Positions 1 to 12,991 of a stretch of DNA of 64,000 bases are shown one piece after another (positions within the stretch are counted from its first letter, which is position 1; each line of letters opens with the position of its first letter). This stretch comes from Tubulanus polymorphus. Lineage: Eukaryota > Animalia > Nemertea. The stretch lies in contig NC_134025.1 in assembly GCF_964204645.1 (NCBI RefSeq), positions 19,691,101 through 19,755,100 on the forward strand, written 5' to 3'. Both the position numbers and the translations under genes were made by a program. The notes beneath the pieces are model-generated. The model made no database searches, was not told the origin of the DNA, and was given only the letters and a program-made list of their open reading frames with translations.

Positions 1-1523
1 GTCCTGGGAAGGCTGAATACAGTATCCACGATTTTTACCGTCAAGATTGAGGAGGGGAACTCGAGACCCGAGGAACCGAATGCGAATCACGACATCCCAG
101 AACAACTGAAAGAACTTTATCAAACCAGCATAAAGAATCTCAGCCCCGAAGACGCTCCGTGGCAGAGCTGCTTATTAAACATTCTTCAGCTTCAATGTTG
201 CCAGCACCTCCCTCAAGAAAATTTTTGAAATTAGAAGCGTTTTCTTAGAGCGATCTTGAACCCATGAACAACTATTATATTTTGGAAGGTAATGGCTATT
301 TCCAATGTGGCACATCCTCATTCGATGACGATCAGCATCTCACGCATTACAGGTCGAGCCCTGAATTATTGCAGTTAATCAAAGCGCCTTTCGCGAACGC
401 TTAGTTGACAAGAAAATGTTTAAAAATAACTGCTACTGACACTGTCTGTCACACTGCTCTCTGAGCGGCGTTTTGGTCCGTAATTTCGTTAATAATTAAT
501 TTATCTGTGAATTTATGCATCAGTGCAGTAAGGTTGACTTGGTCCCCCATTAGGTGGACACCGGGAATCACCCACCCATACGACAGGCGCTGAGACTTCC
601 TCCCCTGACCAAGCATAAAGAAACAGAAATGTTGATCAAAGACATGCACCGCCGAGGGTTGATATGGAGGTTCCGGTCTCCATGGTTATCCCCGATTGTC
701 CTGGTGACCAAGAAAGATGGAAGCACATGTTTCTGCGTGGACTATCGCCGACTAAACGAAGTAACGACTATTGAAAGCATGGCGATCCCGAATAGCAATC
801 ATTCGCTGGAATGTCCAGGAGGCGCCGTCTGGTTCAGCACCCTAGATCTGAATTCCGGATATTGGCAAATTGCGTTGAGCAAGGATGTGAAGCAGAAATC
901 AGCCTTCATAACACAGAGTGGGTTGTGGGAGTTAACTCTGTACTTCCTTTGGGTATGTGCGGAGCTCCAGGAACCTTCGAGAGTTCCCTTTTCCAGCAGT
1001 CGGTTATTTTTCTCCGGCATGTGGTGAGTCACAAGGGTATACAGACAGATCTTGCCACTTATTACAGGAGAGTCGTCGCCGGTTTCGCTAAGATCACAGG
1101 AAGCCTCCACAGACTCATGGCTAAAGATCAAGATTTTATCTCGGGGACGAGCAGGAGCAAGGTTTCCGGGAGCTGAAAGAGAAATTGACCAACACACCTA
1201 TACTAGCATATCCGAACGTCATGGACCTGTATATTCTAGGTTGTGATGCTAGTGCCGTTGCCATCGGAGGTGTATTAAGTCCAGTGCAAGAAAAGGATGA
1301 ACACCCGATCGCATTTGGAAATCGCACGCCCAACCGCGCGGAACAAAGCTACTGCGTGACTCGGCGTGAACTATTAGCGATCATGTTCTTTGTGAAGCAT
1401 TTAAAGCACTATCTCTACCGACAAGATTTCCTCATCTGCACTGATCACAGCGCCCTCCGTTGGCTGATGAATCTGAAGGATTGTTGGGAACGCCGGATGG
1501 CAGAAGCTGCAGCATCAAAGTAA
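1..1523 (+). mobile_element. Degenerate Ty3/Gypsy LTR-retrotransposon pol fragment (RT and RNase H), frameshifted, with an unrelated ~360-bp segment at ~195-553
   Basis: ORF 554-1027 has SPWLSPIVLVTKKDGSTCFCVDYRRLN and FSTLDLNSGYWQI (Gypsy RT). ORF 1185-1523 has LGCDASAVAIGGVLS, YCVTRRELLAI and CTDHSAL (Gypsy RNase H). The frames are broken between these segments. Confidence 0.93.
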
Positions 1524-2696
1524 ATAGCAAGGAAGCAGTGCATGGAAGAGGAACAACGGCGGAGAGAAGTCAGCGAGCAGGAGAGGAGCAGGAGGGAGTC
1601 GAAGAGGTGTAGGCTGCAAGAGAAGCGTAAGAATGAGTTTGTGGAGCGAAACAGGACATTCCAGAACTCGATAAAGGAACCGCGACAATTCCAGGGCCGG
1701 CCCCGGGACATATTTCATTTCTTTGGGTTACAGAACCCCCCTTGAGTCTCGGAATTTGTCGGGTGACGATCAACCATGCTGCCAGTGGTAGTCCAGGTCG
1801 AAACCAAGTCTTCCCTTGACGTGTTACTTCTGAAGAGGACAAGAGATGAAAGAATGGCGATGAAAGAATGGCAGCCAGGGAACTGATCAGTCCCTGCATT
1901 GGACCACCAGTAAAGGCGAATTCCATCCAAGATGAAGAAGTGGTAGTTCAAGGCGAGGCATTATCGAGTCGGTCCTTGGCCGGGTTCAGATATTGGGATC
2001 TGCGCATTGTCACTGACATTTCCACTTTGGACTCAAGCCTTTAATTATTTGACTCTGATAGTTTCTATCACTCCTCTTCTCTCTCTCTCTCATATTATTT
2101 GGTGTGAGCTTAATCACGCTTTGTTCAGTATTATATTTCGTTGAACATGATTAGTCCGACGAGCCGTCGTTATGCCTAGACCAGTTGATGTATAATATAA
2201 ATAACTCTTTTTTTTCCAGTGGATTCTAAGAGTACACATATCTAATTACGAGTATTGAGATTGTTAATCTGGAGTTATGAGCAACATTCCAATCGTTTAA
2301 TCCAGTGCGTTGTTGAGTTAAATAAACATGGCAATCGTTAAATTCTCATGAATAACTGTCCTTTGTCTTATTTGAGTGGATAACTGAGTCTGAATCAGTT
2401 CGACCTGTTTCAGGAACCTAGGAACAGGGACGTGCTACCATGGAAATGAAAGGATTCCGAGTTGTTGATGATCGCTTTCAGGTTAAGGACGATTGGACCT
2501 GAAGACCCACCTAGAACCAATAGGAGGCACGACGTGAAGAGGGAATCCCCCGACGAGGTTATTTGACCCGGCCCGTGCATAAGGAAGGCAACTGTAGACC
2601 AGTACTGAGCGGCAGTATATTGTCTGGCCCAGTCGTTGTGTTAAAAATCTGGCCTGGTGAGCCAGTCAGTTACTGTGCCCGGCCTATTCGGTTACA
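1490..2696 (+). mobile_element. Probable LTR remnant following the Gypsy pol fragment
   Basis: Contains AATAAA near 2321 and ends in GTTACA at 2691-2696, a typical Gypsy LTR 3' end. No second LTR is in the window to confirm it. Confidence 0.45.
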
Positions 2697-4641
2697 CATC
2701 AGAAGCTAAAATATAACAGAACAGAAGACACAAGAAAAAGAAATGCTGTCAAAATGCTGTCTTTTGTTGCCGTCAAAATTCCTCGGAATTGAATTGAAAA
2801 CCCCCAATATTGCTGGTGATCATACTCATGAACCGGTAATGTTTATAAATTTTGTTATTTCCAAGAGTTTGCTGACGATGGTTTTTTTTGGAAAAAATGT
2901 GAAAATCCTGAATTTTATAATTCCAGGCATTTAAGGGCTAATTATGGGAAAATATGGGGGTGGGCCCTACCAATGTAATTTTGCTTCCGACGGGCCTGTT
3001 TTGGGCACAAAACGGTCACAGGAGGGCCATCTTGAGTCCGATTGACCCAATTCTTCTCATGCTGATGCCCGTGGGGGATACAAACATAGGCTATGTGAAG
3101 GATCAAGATAATTGATGAAAGCGGTTTCAAAATTTCCCTTGAAAACTTCAAAATATATTCGAGCCCCATGGGGCTTGAAGCGGCAGCTTCGCAAAATATA
3201 AATGACCTGTCCTTCAATCAATTTAATATTTCAAATATGCTAGAAGGGAATATCTAGGAACGGATCCATGAACATTGAAAAGGGCAAGTTAAGTATCCAC
3301 GCAGTCAAGACAAGGGTCTAAAAATGTGAAATTTCTATTTTCCTGATAGCTCATTTTATTCCTGATGAATGTGGCAATATTTTCCTATAGGTTTAGATTA
3401 TGTTACCCAGATACTGTAACATATAGTACATATACATTATTTTTATGGTTTTACGTCAATAAACAGCGATTTTACCAGACCTTGACTAAGATATATAATA
3501 AGATAAGTATCCATCGACGAACTATCCAACGAAATTAAAAGAGGAGCACACTTTCTTTCTTAGGAACAGACAGCGTATGACAGTATTTATAATACGCGCT
3601 AGGAGAGCGAAGTAGTGCTGCGCGAGTGTATACACGTGAATACAGAGCATACATACACTTTGTATGTACCTATGTTAGATATATGAATTACATACCAGCT
3701 GATTTACGTAGTGCGCACATTTTAACATGCGCTGTTACGCGAAGAATGCCAATATACCCCAAAAACATCGTCAAACAAAGTAATTAGCCTATGGCAATAG
3801 CAAATGAAAAAGCGCACACAACTGTGTGGACCAATTAACTCGCATTTCAACAAAACAATGCCAAACATTTGTCGACTGGCCTCTCTCCAAAAACGGCGTC
3901 ATCACCGCTGGCTCGCGCTGGCGACATCGTCTATTACTTTTTCAAAGAAAGAATGTATTTTGTAGTCAAAACCAAGCTATATTGACTATAGAAATAGCCA
4001 CACTTACTAAGTTCGAGACGCTAAATTAGATAGCCGACTCCATTATAATCCTCACAAACGAACAAACTCTAAGCGAACTAAGCTCCGCACGAATGTCAAA
4101 TGAATTGCTCACCATTTTGTGACTCCCAAAATTACGTCAGAGGTGCCGAAATTCCTGGAAATTCCGAGAATTTCCCGTATTCACGTCGGAAACTCAAATA
4201 TAGGTCAACACAAGTTACTTATAGAAAGCGAAGAATTTTCGATGTTTTTCTCATTTTTCTCGAAAAATATTGCATCTTCCGTTCGAAGCTTACCAGCCTA
4301 ACCTCCGCGCATCAATTCTACTTGCTTCACGATAAAAGACAACCCCGTAAGTATTACCACTAAATTTTGTGCCGCGATTTAACATACTCTTGGCAGACTG
4401 CCAACCAACAGCCATAACATAGGTAAACCAAAAAATGAATTCAATAGCCTGCTGGGACTATAGTACTAAGTTGGTCGTCTTGGTTCTGTTTTGACAGGGT
4501 TATGTCTAGCAGGGTAGCCCAAATACCAAAACTATCAAAACAGTACATATACATCCAATGGCACTCAAAACTTTATCCAAATTCATTCTATTCTATCAGA
4601 TGCATGATGGAAGAAAGATAGAATAGGCGTACAAAACTCAC

Positions 4642-4778
4642 TATAAAGTTCTTCTGAGACATTAATCCTTCTTCACGGAGATTCTTTTTATCCTCTTCAA
4701 TTCTGTGATATACACTATTCAATGCTGCAGTGTTATTATCATATACTTTCACACGGTGTCCATGATAAGCCATTTCTC
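4642..4778 (-). CDS. Coding exon 2 of a 3-hydroxyacyl-CoA dehydrogenase-family gene (3-hydroxybutyryl-CoA DH / lambda-crystallin-like)
   Basis: Acceptor tttttag|GA at 4779 and donor ATA|gtgagt at 4641. Encodes (G)EMAYHGHRVKVYDNNTAALNSVYHRIEEDKKNLREEGLMSQKNFI. A phase-1 join to exon 10418-10469 completes a Rossmann beta-alpha-beta unit. Confidence 0.85.
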
Positions 4779-5059
4779 CTAAAAAGTATTGAAACCAGGG
4801 AGTAATAGTTAACCTCACCTCATCTGGGCAACTTGGACTTTGGTCAAAAAACGAAATCATTTTTATGACTTTCTTATGTATTTTCATATGCTTAACATGG
4901 ATGTTGAGTACCTAGGACTAATTTTGCCTGTCTCAGTTTGTCCAAATTAGGTGAGGGCTAATGCATTAGTTAGGGGTCCCGGGGGCAAGAGGATGGACTT
5001 TTAGCGCATGGATTACAAGCCTGCCCATGTCTTGGATTTTGGAGCCCCATCTTTCTTAC

Positions 5060-7214
5060 CGGTTCCTGAACTTCACTGAAAAAGCTGAAACACTGAAACG
5101 CTGAAAAGCAAACGCTGAATTTCAGGGAATTCCCAAAAACGCTGAAATTTCAGGGAATTCCGTTAAAATGCTGAAATTGTGCCAGGAACCGACAATACAC
5201 GTTTTGAAAATTTTTCCGGGCCCGGTATCTGCTGCCGAGTCCTATACCATGCTTTAGTCTTTACCACATTTTCGGTTATAATTCCATTCAATTCAAATAT
5301 TCATTCAGTATAAACAATTGCACTGTTTGTGACTGACATTTATAGGCCTACATACATGTTACAAAGTGAGAAAAAAAAAATAATCATAAACATCTGATAA
5401 ACAAGCACTGATATAAAAACAGATATACATGTAATATGATAGACTATATGCATCGCTCGAAAGTTTCAACAAACTAGGGGTCCAGGGACACCATGCCCTC
5501 TTGGGAAGTGGTTTCCAATGCTCAACAATCTAACAATTTCAATATTCGACGCCCCTGGTGACGATATACAAAAACCAATGACCTTGAACCTCACCACAAT
5601 CATAGAACATGTCAGCAGCTACGATTGTGTAATTGATTGTGATAACAAAATATGCCTCGTTACCAATCTAATATGGAAATACCAAGTAATTCTACTATTC
5701 AATGCCCCCTTGTGACCATATGCAAAACCCAATGACCTTGAAACTCACCACAATAATAGAACATGTCATAAACTACAACTTTGCAATTGATCATGGTAAC
5801 AAAATATGCCTAGGTACCAATCTAATAACAAAATATTAAGTTATTCTACTATTCAACGCCCCCTGGTGACCATATAGAATAACTAATGTCCTTAAATCTC
5901 ACCACAATCATAGACAATGTCATGAGCTACAACTTTGCAATTGATTGTGGTAGCAAAATATGCTTAGGTAACAATATAATCTGGAAAAACGTTTTCCCAC
6001 CTATGAATGAGTCCTGATGATACCAATATGGCCGCCAATTACGTCATAATTGGCCGATCAAAAATTCCTGGCTCAGGTATAAAACATCCCTTTCCAAAGA
6101 ATACCCTTCACAAATTGCAATGAGAAATGGCAAACCAGTAGGAGGCTGCAGGACTCAGAATTTGTGCCAAAATTTACATTTTTGGCCACTAAAAAGGTCA
6201 TAGGACGGCCATCTTGAGTCCAATCGACCCAATTTTTCTGATGGTGATGGGCCCTTGGGGGATTCAAATATATACGAAAGATCAAGGTAATTGATTTAAG
6301 TGTCTTCAAAATTTCCCTCAAAAAGTTCAAAAAGTGTAGGCCTAAAAAGTGCTAATTTTGATGAACAACAGTGGCTGCCAGTCGGCCATCGTGATTCTGA
6401 CAGGGCCAGTTTTTGGGCTGAAGATGTGTCTAGGGTAGATACATGTAGGCCTATAAACCAAATATCAAAACATTACCTTGAAGCGTCTTCAAGTTCCCAA
6501 AATAACTGGCTTCCGTCTACGGACAGACGGACGAACGACGGACGAAAAGTGAACGCAATAGCCCGCTGGGACTAAAGTCCAAAGTGGGCTAAAAATAAGA
6601 ATTGATACATTTTTCTAACAGATGGTATGTTATTTCTTTTAAAAAACCTGATAATTATCTCACAACAGCAAATAATGTATTCGCAATTTTTAAATCCATT
6701 CCATGCGCACGATGAATTAAAAAGAAATTAAGTAAGATCCCTAATGTCCAAAAGCTGCATTATCATTTTAACTAGCTGTCAAACTCAACTTACCTCCAGT
6801 CTTCAACAACAGAGAATACCACAGTCGCCCAGTCATGCGTGACGTGTTGACAAAAGAAAAGTGGCTATCATAATCATATTTTATATACATTTGAGATATT
6901 CAAATAAGATTTGTTCGTCTTTAGAGGTAAACCACATACTTGGAATATTCAGCATAGGTTTTCATACTCCACACATATTGTTTATGCATGTCTCTATAAC
7001 CAAAGATAAGGTGGAGACTAAAGCACGGTTCAGGACTCGGCAGCGGCTTAGGCCCGGAAAAAATTCAAAACGTGTATTGTTGGTTCCTAGCACGATTTCA
7101 GGGTTTTTCGGGAATTCCCTAAAATGTCAGTGTTTTTCGGGAATTCCCTGAAATTTCAGCATTCTTTTTTCAGCGTTTCAGTGTTTCAGCTTTTTCAGCA
7201 AAGTTCAGGAACCG
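5060..7214. mobile_element. Non-autonomous TIR element (MULE-like, ~9-bp TSD) interrupted by a HINE
   Basis: Inverted ends CGGTTCCTGAACTT / AAGTTCAGGAACCG with subterminal CTGAAA repeats. Flanks are CTTTCTTAC (5051-5059) and CTTTTTTAC (7215-7223). Confidence 0.7.
5471..6594 (-). mobile_element. Helentron-associated non-autonomous element (HINE/DINE-1-like), family A, complete copy
   Basis: Read on the minus strand: T-run and GCCCACTT subTIR, then a (GTCC)n-like microsatellite, ~154-bp internal tandem repeats, the 3' subTIR CCAAGAGGGC, a GGTGTCC-CT-GGACCCC hairpin and CTAGTTT. Homologous to the copy at 35356-41899. Confidence 0.8.
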
Positions 7215-7829
7215 CTTTTTTACAGTAAAAAATTCAAATATACATTTTAATATCCTAGATACCACCTTCCAGATATAAAAAGGAGAAAGGAGCAAATATT
7301 TTGACGTACAAGAATTTACCTTGCGATTCCAAGCAGGGTTCCCACGGGTTAGCCAATATCATTTTCCATACCTTTTCCATATTTTTTCCATACCCAGATT
7401 ATAAATTTTCCATACCGCAAAGTTATACATCGCCAACCTAGGGGATTTTTACTGCAGGGATATTTACCACGGGGATTTTTACCTGTTACCCCTAGAAACT
7501 GGCAACGTAGGTCTCAACAAGGAGAAAGCAAATGATAGAATGTGTCTTAATCTAAGACAAACCACACGTGTTTTTTCTTAATCAACTGGCTGTGTGGTTC
7601 TGGCCTTTCATGTGACTTCTCCCTTACCCATATTACTAGTCAACCCTGCATAAGTCGTAGCACTTGGACTGATGCGCTTTCTACGACTTACGTCTTGCAC
7701 GAGTCACAAGTAAGTTGTATCTTTACGAGTTATCTAGGCCTATAAGTCGTGCTTTTATACGAATTCGACAAATAACCCTTGAATGGTTACCCTTGAATAA
7801 AGCTTGTCTTCCCAGTTCTAAGTTACCGA

Positions 7830-9170
7830 ATGTAGGTAAAAATCCCCCCGGTAAATATCCCCCGGTAAAAATCCCACAAGGTAAAAATCCCCCCGGTAAA
7901 AATCCCCCCATATCCACTTTTCTATAAAACTAGAGTAGAAAAAATTAACTTTTTACAACATTATTTAGGAATACATAAGTACATTAGATATTTTATTTTT
8001 ACTTTTAAACTATAGTTTTTATAGAAAATTTCAAAATTATGATAGTGTCATTTTTGATGCATGTAGCTTGCATGTCGTATATGCTAAGTCACATAATAAG
8101 GCCACACCAAAAGAAAACCCTGTTTCTTGGGCCCGACCGACCCGATATTTCGTCATTTCAAATAATTATTTTCGATATAAAATAAAATTGCCTACCGACC
8201 CTATTTCAAAATTGTGGATGAAATAACTATTTTAAAAGATATATATGTGGCCGACCGACTACAAAGCTCTCCATTCTCGTAAATATTTTTTCTTTTTCGT
8301 GAAATCGTGATGTCGGCACCGAGACGACATGATAAAAATATCTTATCACATCGGATTTAACAATTTTATTCTGGATATGGTACTTGTGTGCTCAGAAAAC
8401 GTTGCTAATCAGATATTGATGGCGACCTTGGATTGTAAAATTCCAGGAATTCCGTACACAATATATTATACACCTATTCAAGATTTTCATATTTTTCTTT
8501 TTATAAACAGTTTCCAATTGTGAAATATAATACAAAAACATCAACTTCCCTTTATTATTGTGGCCGTCTAGCTGCTAATCATATTTTTAACTGGAAATTT
8601 GGTCCCGTGAAAAATTATTCACGGCGACCTACCCAATTGTAAGAACTGTCACCGTCAGAATACTCGCAATTTTTTTTTCTATAAAAAGAAAAAAAAATTC
8701 CCTACCGACCTACCCATTTTGGTGATTGCCCCGCCCGAGAAACAGGCTTTCTTTTTGGTGTGGCCTGATGTCATTTTTATGCACGTAGCTTGTTAAATGT
8801 CACAGATTATCCGAGGTGAATATTGTGACCAACACCACGGAGAAATGCCTCAGTTTAAATAACCGAATTCAATCAACTGACTCGTACCCCTAGAATAAGT
8901 ATTTTGTCTCTACACTTATTATTCTTTATTAAACGTTTGGTAACCGTATTTAATGGATGGAATTACTATACTAGAGTTAAATAAAGCAATAGAGTGCAAT
9001 AAAATTTCGAATCTATATTTTTCTAAACATAATAGCTGTTGAAAATTTTAGTGAAATCAATTATGGGGGGATTTTTACCAGGGGGAATTTTTACCTAGGG
9101 GGGATTTTTACCGGGGGGATTATTACCTAGGGGGGATATTTACCGGGGGGGGGGGGGGGGATTTTTACAT
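7830..9170. mobile_element. MITE with tandem GGTAAAAATCCCCC subterminal repeats in inverted orientation
   Basis: GGTAAAAATCCCCC-like units at 7835-7908 and their reverse complements at 9065-9168. Related repeats occur at 17974-18893, 20036-20730 and 22197-22526. Confidence 0.6.
8100..8765. mobile_element. MITE, probably PIF/Harbinger-like
   Basis: TIRs GGCCACACCAAAA / TTTTGGTGTGGCC, with flanks TAA and TGA. Confidence 0.65.
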
Positions 9171-9744
9171 TTTTAGTGTAAACAGGGAGTTGGGATCCCT
9201 TCCCTGGTGTAAACAAGCTAGAATCATTGTAATTTAGTCTAGATGATAAGGACAGGTCCTGTCATTCAACACATATAGAGCCTAACTTGCAAACTTTTCA
9301 TATGCACTAATTACTGTAGCCAATACTACAACCAAATTACCATTCAATGTAAATTAGTAGCAATTATGATGACCATTCACACAGTGTTTTCATATTGTCC
9401 TCAAATGTGTAGTGGCTATGACAAGCTGTTATCTGGAAAATGACAACTCCTTTTTGTTATCGATCTTAATGGTGACAATTGGCTTAGGCCTATAGCCTAT
9501 AGTTCAAAATTGAAGGAAATTTTTATTTTGAGGTCATTTTCTGATTTTCCATACCTTTCCCATAGCCATTGATAGAAAAACGAAATTTCCATAGCTTTTC
9601 CAGGGCCTGGAAAAAAAGGTAAAAAAATCCCCATTATCCAAAACTTTCCAAGACTTTTCAAAACCCGCGGGAACCCTGTCCAAGTGCTTATCATTTCTTA
9701 ACAAATTAGCCTAGACATATTTAGAAAATATAGGATGTTTTGAA

Positions 9745-10207
9745 GGGTCCTCCTTATTACCGAGATGACGTAATTTACCGAGATGAACCGAGCTGACATG
9801 AAATAGCCTAGGCCTATAACATATTTATTTATTCCTTATCGATTTTAACACTTGAAATCATATTATATCAGAATAAATACCTTCTAAAGTCATATTATAC
9901 ATATTTTTCCAGATATTTTGTTAACAAAAATTTGACTTCAAATACGTCATCTCGGTTAGCAATAAGATTTCATTGAATTTGATTGATCGACGATCTCATC
10001 TCGGTAAAGTTAAAAGTTATTTTTCTACAAAAATATCTGACAAAATATGTAAAATATGACTCTAGCTGGCATTTATTACTGATATAATAGGATTTCAAGC
10101 GTTAAAATCGATAAGGAATAAATAAATATAATAAATAAATATGTTATATTTCATGTCATCTCGGTTGATCTCGGTAAATTACGTCATCTCGGTAATAATG
10201 AGGACCG
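9745..10207. mobile_element. Near-fully palindromic MITE
   Basis: GGTCCTCCTTATTACCGAGATGACGTAATTTACCGAGAT mirrored by ATCTCGGTAAATTACGTCATCTCGGTAATAATGAGGACC, with arms of roughly 200 bp. Confidence 0.75.
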
Positions 10208-10417
10208 GTTTTAAACAATTTAAAACAGATTTTATCGAAATCCTTTGGAAATTTGAGGAGTTACAGCAGTTTTAAATCGAAGTGTCTGTATAGGAGTTTC
10301 CACCCCTTTCTTTTTATATACATAGTACCAGGGATACTGGATGATCTAAGCTACAGTTCACTCCCAAACTTCAAATACGAGCCCCTGTGGACTCATGAGC
10401 AACAACGTCTTACGTAC

Positions 10418-10469
10418 CAGCGATCTTCACACCCATCAGACCACACCCTAAAACTGCTATTTTAACCAT
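10418..10469 (-). CDS. First coding exon of the 3-hydroxyacyl-CoA dehydrogenase-family gene
   Basis: ATG at 10469 gives MVKIAVLGCGLMGVKIA+G, containing the GxGxxG NAD-binding motif. Donor G|gtacgt at 10417 is phase 1, matching the exon at 4642-4778. Confidence 0.85.
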
Positions 10470-10789
10470 CGTCTGTATATGATTGAGATCGAATATACTT
10501 CTTGATATTCAGTCCTTCCTTTTGCCGTTGCTTTATTTGTGAAAATATTTCATCATTTTAACAACAACACTTTCTTTCTTTTTGTTTATTTACGCACACA
10601 CGACCTTCAGCTCAAGTTTGACAGTTCATATCTCGGAGCAAATTCAATTCAACGCAAAACTTTATTTAAAAATCTTCAATCGACATTATTTTCGGAAGCC
10701 GTAACCGTGAGACAAGGCATATTTCTAAAAGGAAATATAGGCCTACTGCGACAAAGTCGTCGAACAATAAGATTAAGAGCCTTTAGAGA

Positions 10790-11010
10790 TATAATTGTTC
10801 CAGCAAGAAGTCCGACATCCTCGCTTGCCAGGGTTTGATTACCGCCCGCTGGAGGACACGCACCCTCGCTTGCCAGGGGTCCGGTATCGCTCCCGAACTC
10901 GCTTCCACCAGCCCCCTGGCCGCGAATTTTTTTTTCACACCATGTCAGATAGCCACTGCGCATGCCCAACTCAGTTTCGCTTCCGGACTGCATGTCGCAA
11001 TGCATGAAGA
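10790..11010. promoter_or_regulatory. Putative bidirectional promoter between two divergent genes
   Basis: CpG/GC-rich island in an AT-rich context. Carries TGCGCATGC (NRF1-like), TTCCGG (ETS-like) and a duplicated CCTCGCTTGCCAGGG. Lies between the minus-strand ATG at 10469 and a plus-strand donor at 11146. Confidence 0.55.
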
Positions 11011-11990
11011 AATCCATGATGTGAACGACAAAATCTACTGTCGACTCTTGACTAAATATAAGCTGTGGTAGGAGGCCTAGCGCCAGCCAATTGACCATGA
11101 TTGACTACTTGCCAGCTTCGCGTCTCAGACCAGTAGGAAACCGAAGTAAGTTAATGGTTTCATTCTTTTTACAGGCACGTTTTTCCTTCTTTGACTTTAA
11201 TTCAATTCAATTCTTTATTATCATACATGATTGTAGATGCAATGCAATTGTAACAAAAATAAAATGATATAAAAAAGAATAAAACACAACACAACATAAG
11301 CATTAGACTTATTCGTTATACAAGAATATGTATATATACATGTACATTCTACTTGATATATTACCATTAAGTGACAATTTTTTATTTATAAGTTGGAAAA
11401 CCCAAAAGCTGTAAACTGTCCTAGGCTACGTGTCATTAGTGGGGACGAAATGATTAATAGGAATTTATCTTCATCAGAGAAACTATTATTTGGGAATATA
11501 AGAAATGTCGGAATTGCCCAAAATTTGGCCTGTCAGTGTCAGACCCCCGCTGTCAGACCACAGCTCCCTCATTTGTAGGCTCAAACTGTGACGGTAGAAA
11601 TCTGAACTATTAAGATTCTATTAAGAATTTGCAACTTAAACTTTTGAAGCCAATTAATGTCTATTGTAAACATATAGGCCTAAAATCATGACAGTGTATG
11701 TGTTGAGTGTGATAAGCCGCAATACCGAGTTGTGTAGATCTTCTCCCAAAATTTGCAGAGAACACCTCCGCAGGCTTTACACTCTAGCGCTTCAGACGCC
11801 TGCTCCACCAACCTCCCAAGACGCAACGAGTCCTATTTAAAAACGTGCAGCACCTCATAAATCAGACAGTTTTGGTCAAATTCACATAAGATGCCAACCA
11901 AATTCCTCTGTTTTAATTTTAGGCAAAGAATATTATCGTGATACTAAAATGTAGTTATTAAATAATGTGAACAATGCTTAGATAACAAAT

Positions 11991-12011
11991 ATGGATTCAG
12001 CTATAGTAACG
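11991..12011 (+). CDS. First coding segment (MDSAIVT) of an unrecognised gene, within exon 11923-12011
   Basis: Acceptor ttttaattttag| at 11922, an in-frame TAG upstream of ATG 11991, and donor ACG|gtaagt at 12012 (phase 0). A likely non-coding exon upstream ends at GAA|gtaagt 11146. Confidence 0.6.
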
Positions 12012-12553
12012 GTAAGTTGATTTTATATCACAAGTCCTTTGTGTGAGGTTCTCTACAGGGGGTCATGGAATACGGAATACTAATTTGAAGTGGAATACAG
12101 CATAAAAAGCTGAAAATTGTCGATTTTGCTGAAATTCTTGGAATACAAGGAGAAAACTGTCTTGTTTTGCCATCGGAATACGGAATACAGGGATATTTTC
12201 CAGATTACTTATGCCAAATTCCTTGGAATACAGCATACAAACACCCTGTCGAGGGCCTCTTGTGGTTTCCTGTCTTCGCACTGGGCATAAAATATCTTGG
12301 ACGAGTTTCTTGTTGCTGACTGGCCGCCATTAATGCATGGTTCCCAGCTTACTGGGAAAACGGGAAAAAGTAGGGAATTTAAAAATTGAATTCCCGGTTG
12401 GGAAAAGTCAGGGAATTGATCAAAATTTGATAGAATCCGGGAAAAAGTAGGGAATTACAAAAACTCTGTTCAGATAGTCATGTCAGTTGATTGGTATATG
12501 ATGTTATATGTAAATCTGTACAATATTTCTTATGGCTATTATCTTTATTACAG

Positions 12554-12991
12554 GTGCCTGATATTGACACAGCATATGAAAATATTTCCCGCAGGAGAAT
12601 CAGTCAATTGCGTATTCCGCCGACCAGTTTTGGACAGTTCACTGTCGTGGAGAAACATTCTGCTGAAGTTGGTGATCTTTTAAAGTATCCGTCCATTCTG
12701 CCAGAAAATGTATGCACCACTCTTATCAAGATATTGGACTCCAAGCCCAATCATATTGTTAAATTTTCGCATTGTTCATATGATCGTGGAGCTCTTTCTT
12801 TCTGTCGTATTATTCAAAGTTGGCGTCAGATACAAATTGAGGTTGAGAGGGAGGATACCTGGTTTAAAACCCTCAAGAAAAAGATATGGTATACCAAAGA
12901 AATGGATGGACACCTGAGCAAGTATCATAGCATTGTAAACAATTCCCCATACAATTCCTCTCTTGGTGAGCCAAATTCAGACAAATTATGA
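12554..12991 (+). CDS. Terminal coding exon of an unrecognised ~152-aa protein
   Basis: Acceptor tctttattacag|GTG (phase 0), then 145 open codons with globular-looking composition in AT-rich DNA, and AATAAA at 13296. Confidence 0.65.
   Translation: MPDIDTAYENISRRRISQLRIPPTSFGQFTVVEKHSAEVGDLLKYPSILPENVCTTLIKILDSKPNHIVKFSHCSYDRGALSFCRIIQSWRQIQIEVEREDTWFKTLKKKIWYTKEMDGHLSKYHSIVNNSPYNSSLGEPNSDKL

Larger units (their letters stand above)
7334..9678. mobile_element. hAT-like non-autonomous element with 6-bp TSD, containing nested MITEs
   Basis: TIRs CAGGGTTCCCACGGGTT / AACCCGCGGGAACCCTG, with TCCAAG directly on both sides. Confidence 0.75.

Noticed and set aside
4588-4887. ORF-track 99-aa protein as a single-exon gene, or a 270-bp exon 4642-4911
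   Set aside because: Only 4642-4778 joins in phase with the GxGxxG exon. The flanking codons read as intron sequence.
6793-6865. Minus-strand exon-like segment with a strong GTAAGT donor inside the dehydrogenase intron
   Set aside because: It lies within a TIR element, and including it would break the contiguous Rossmann motif. There is no independent support.
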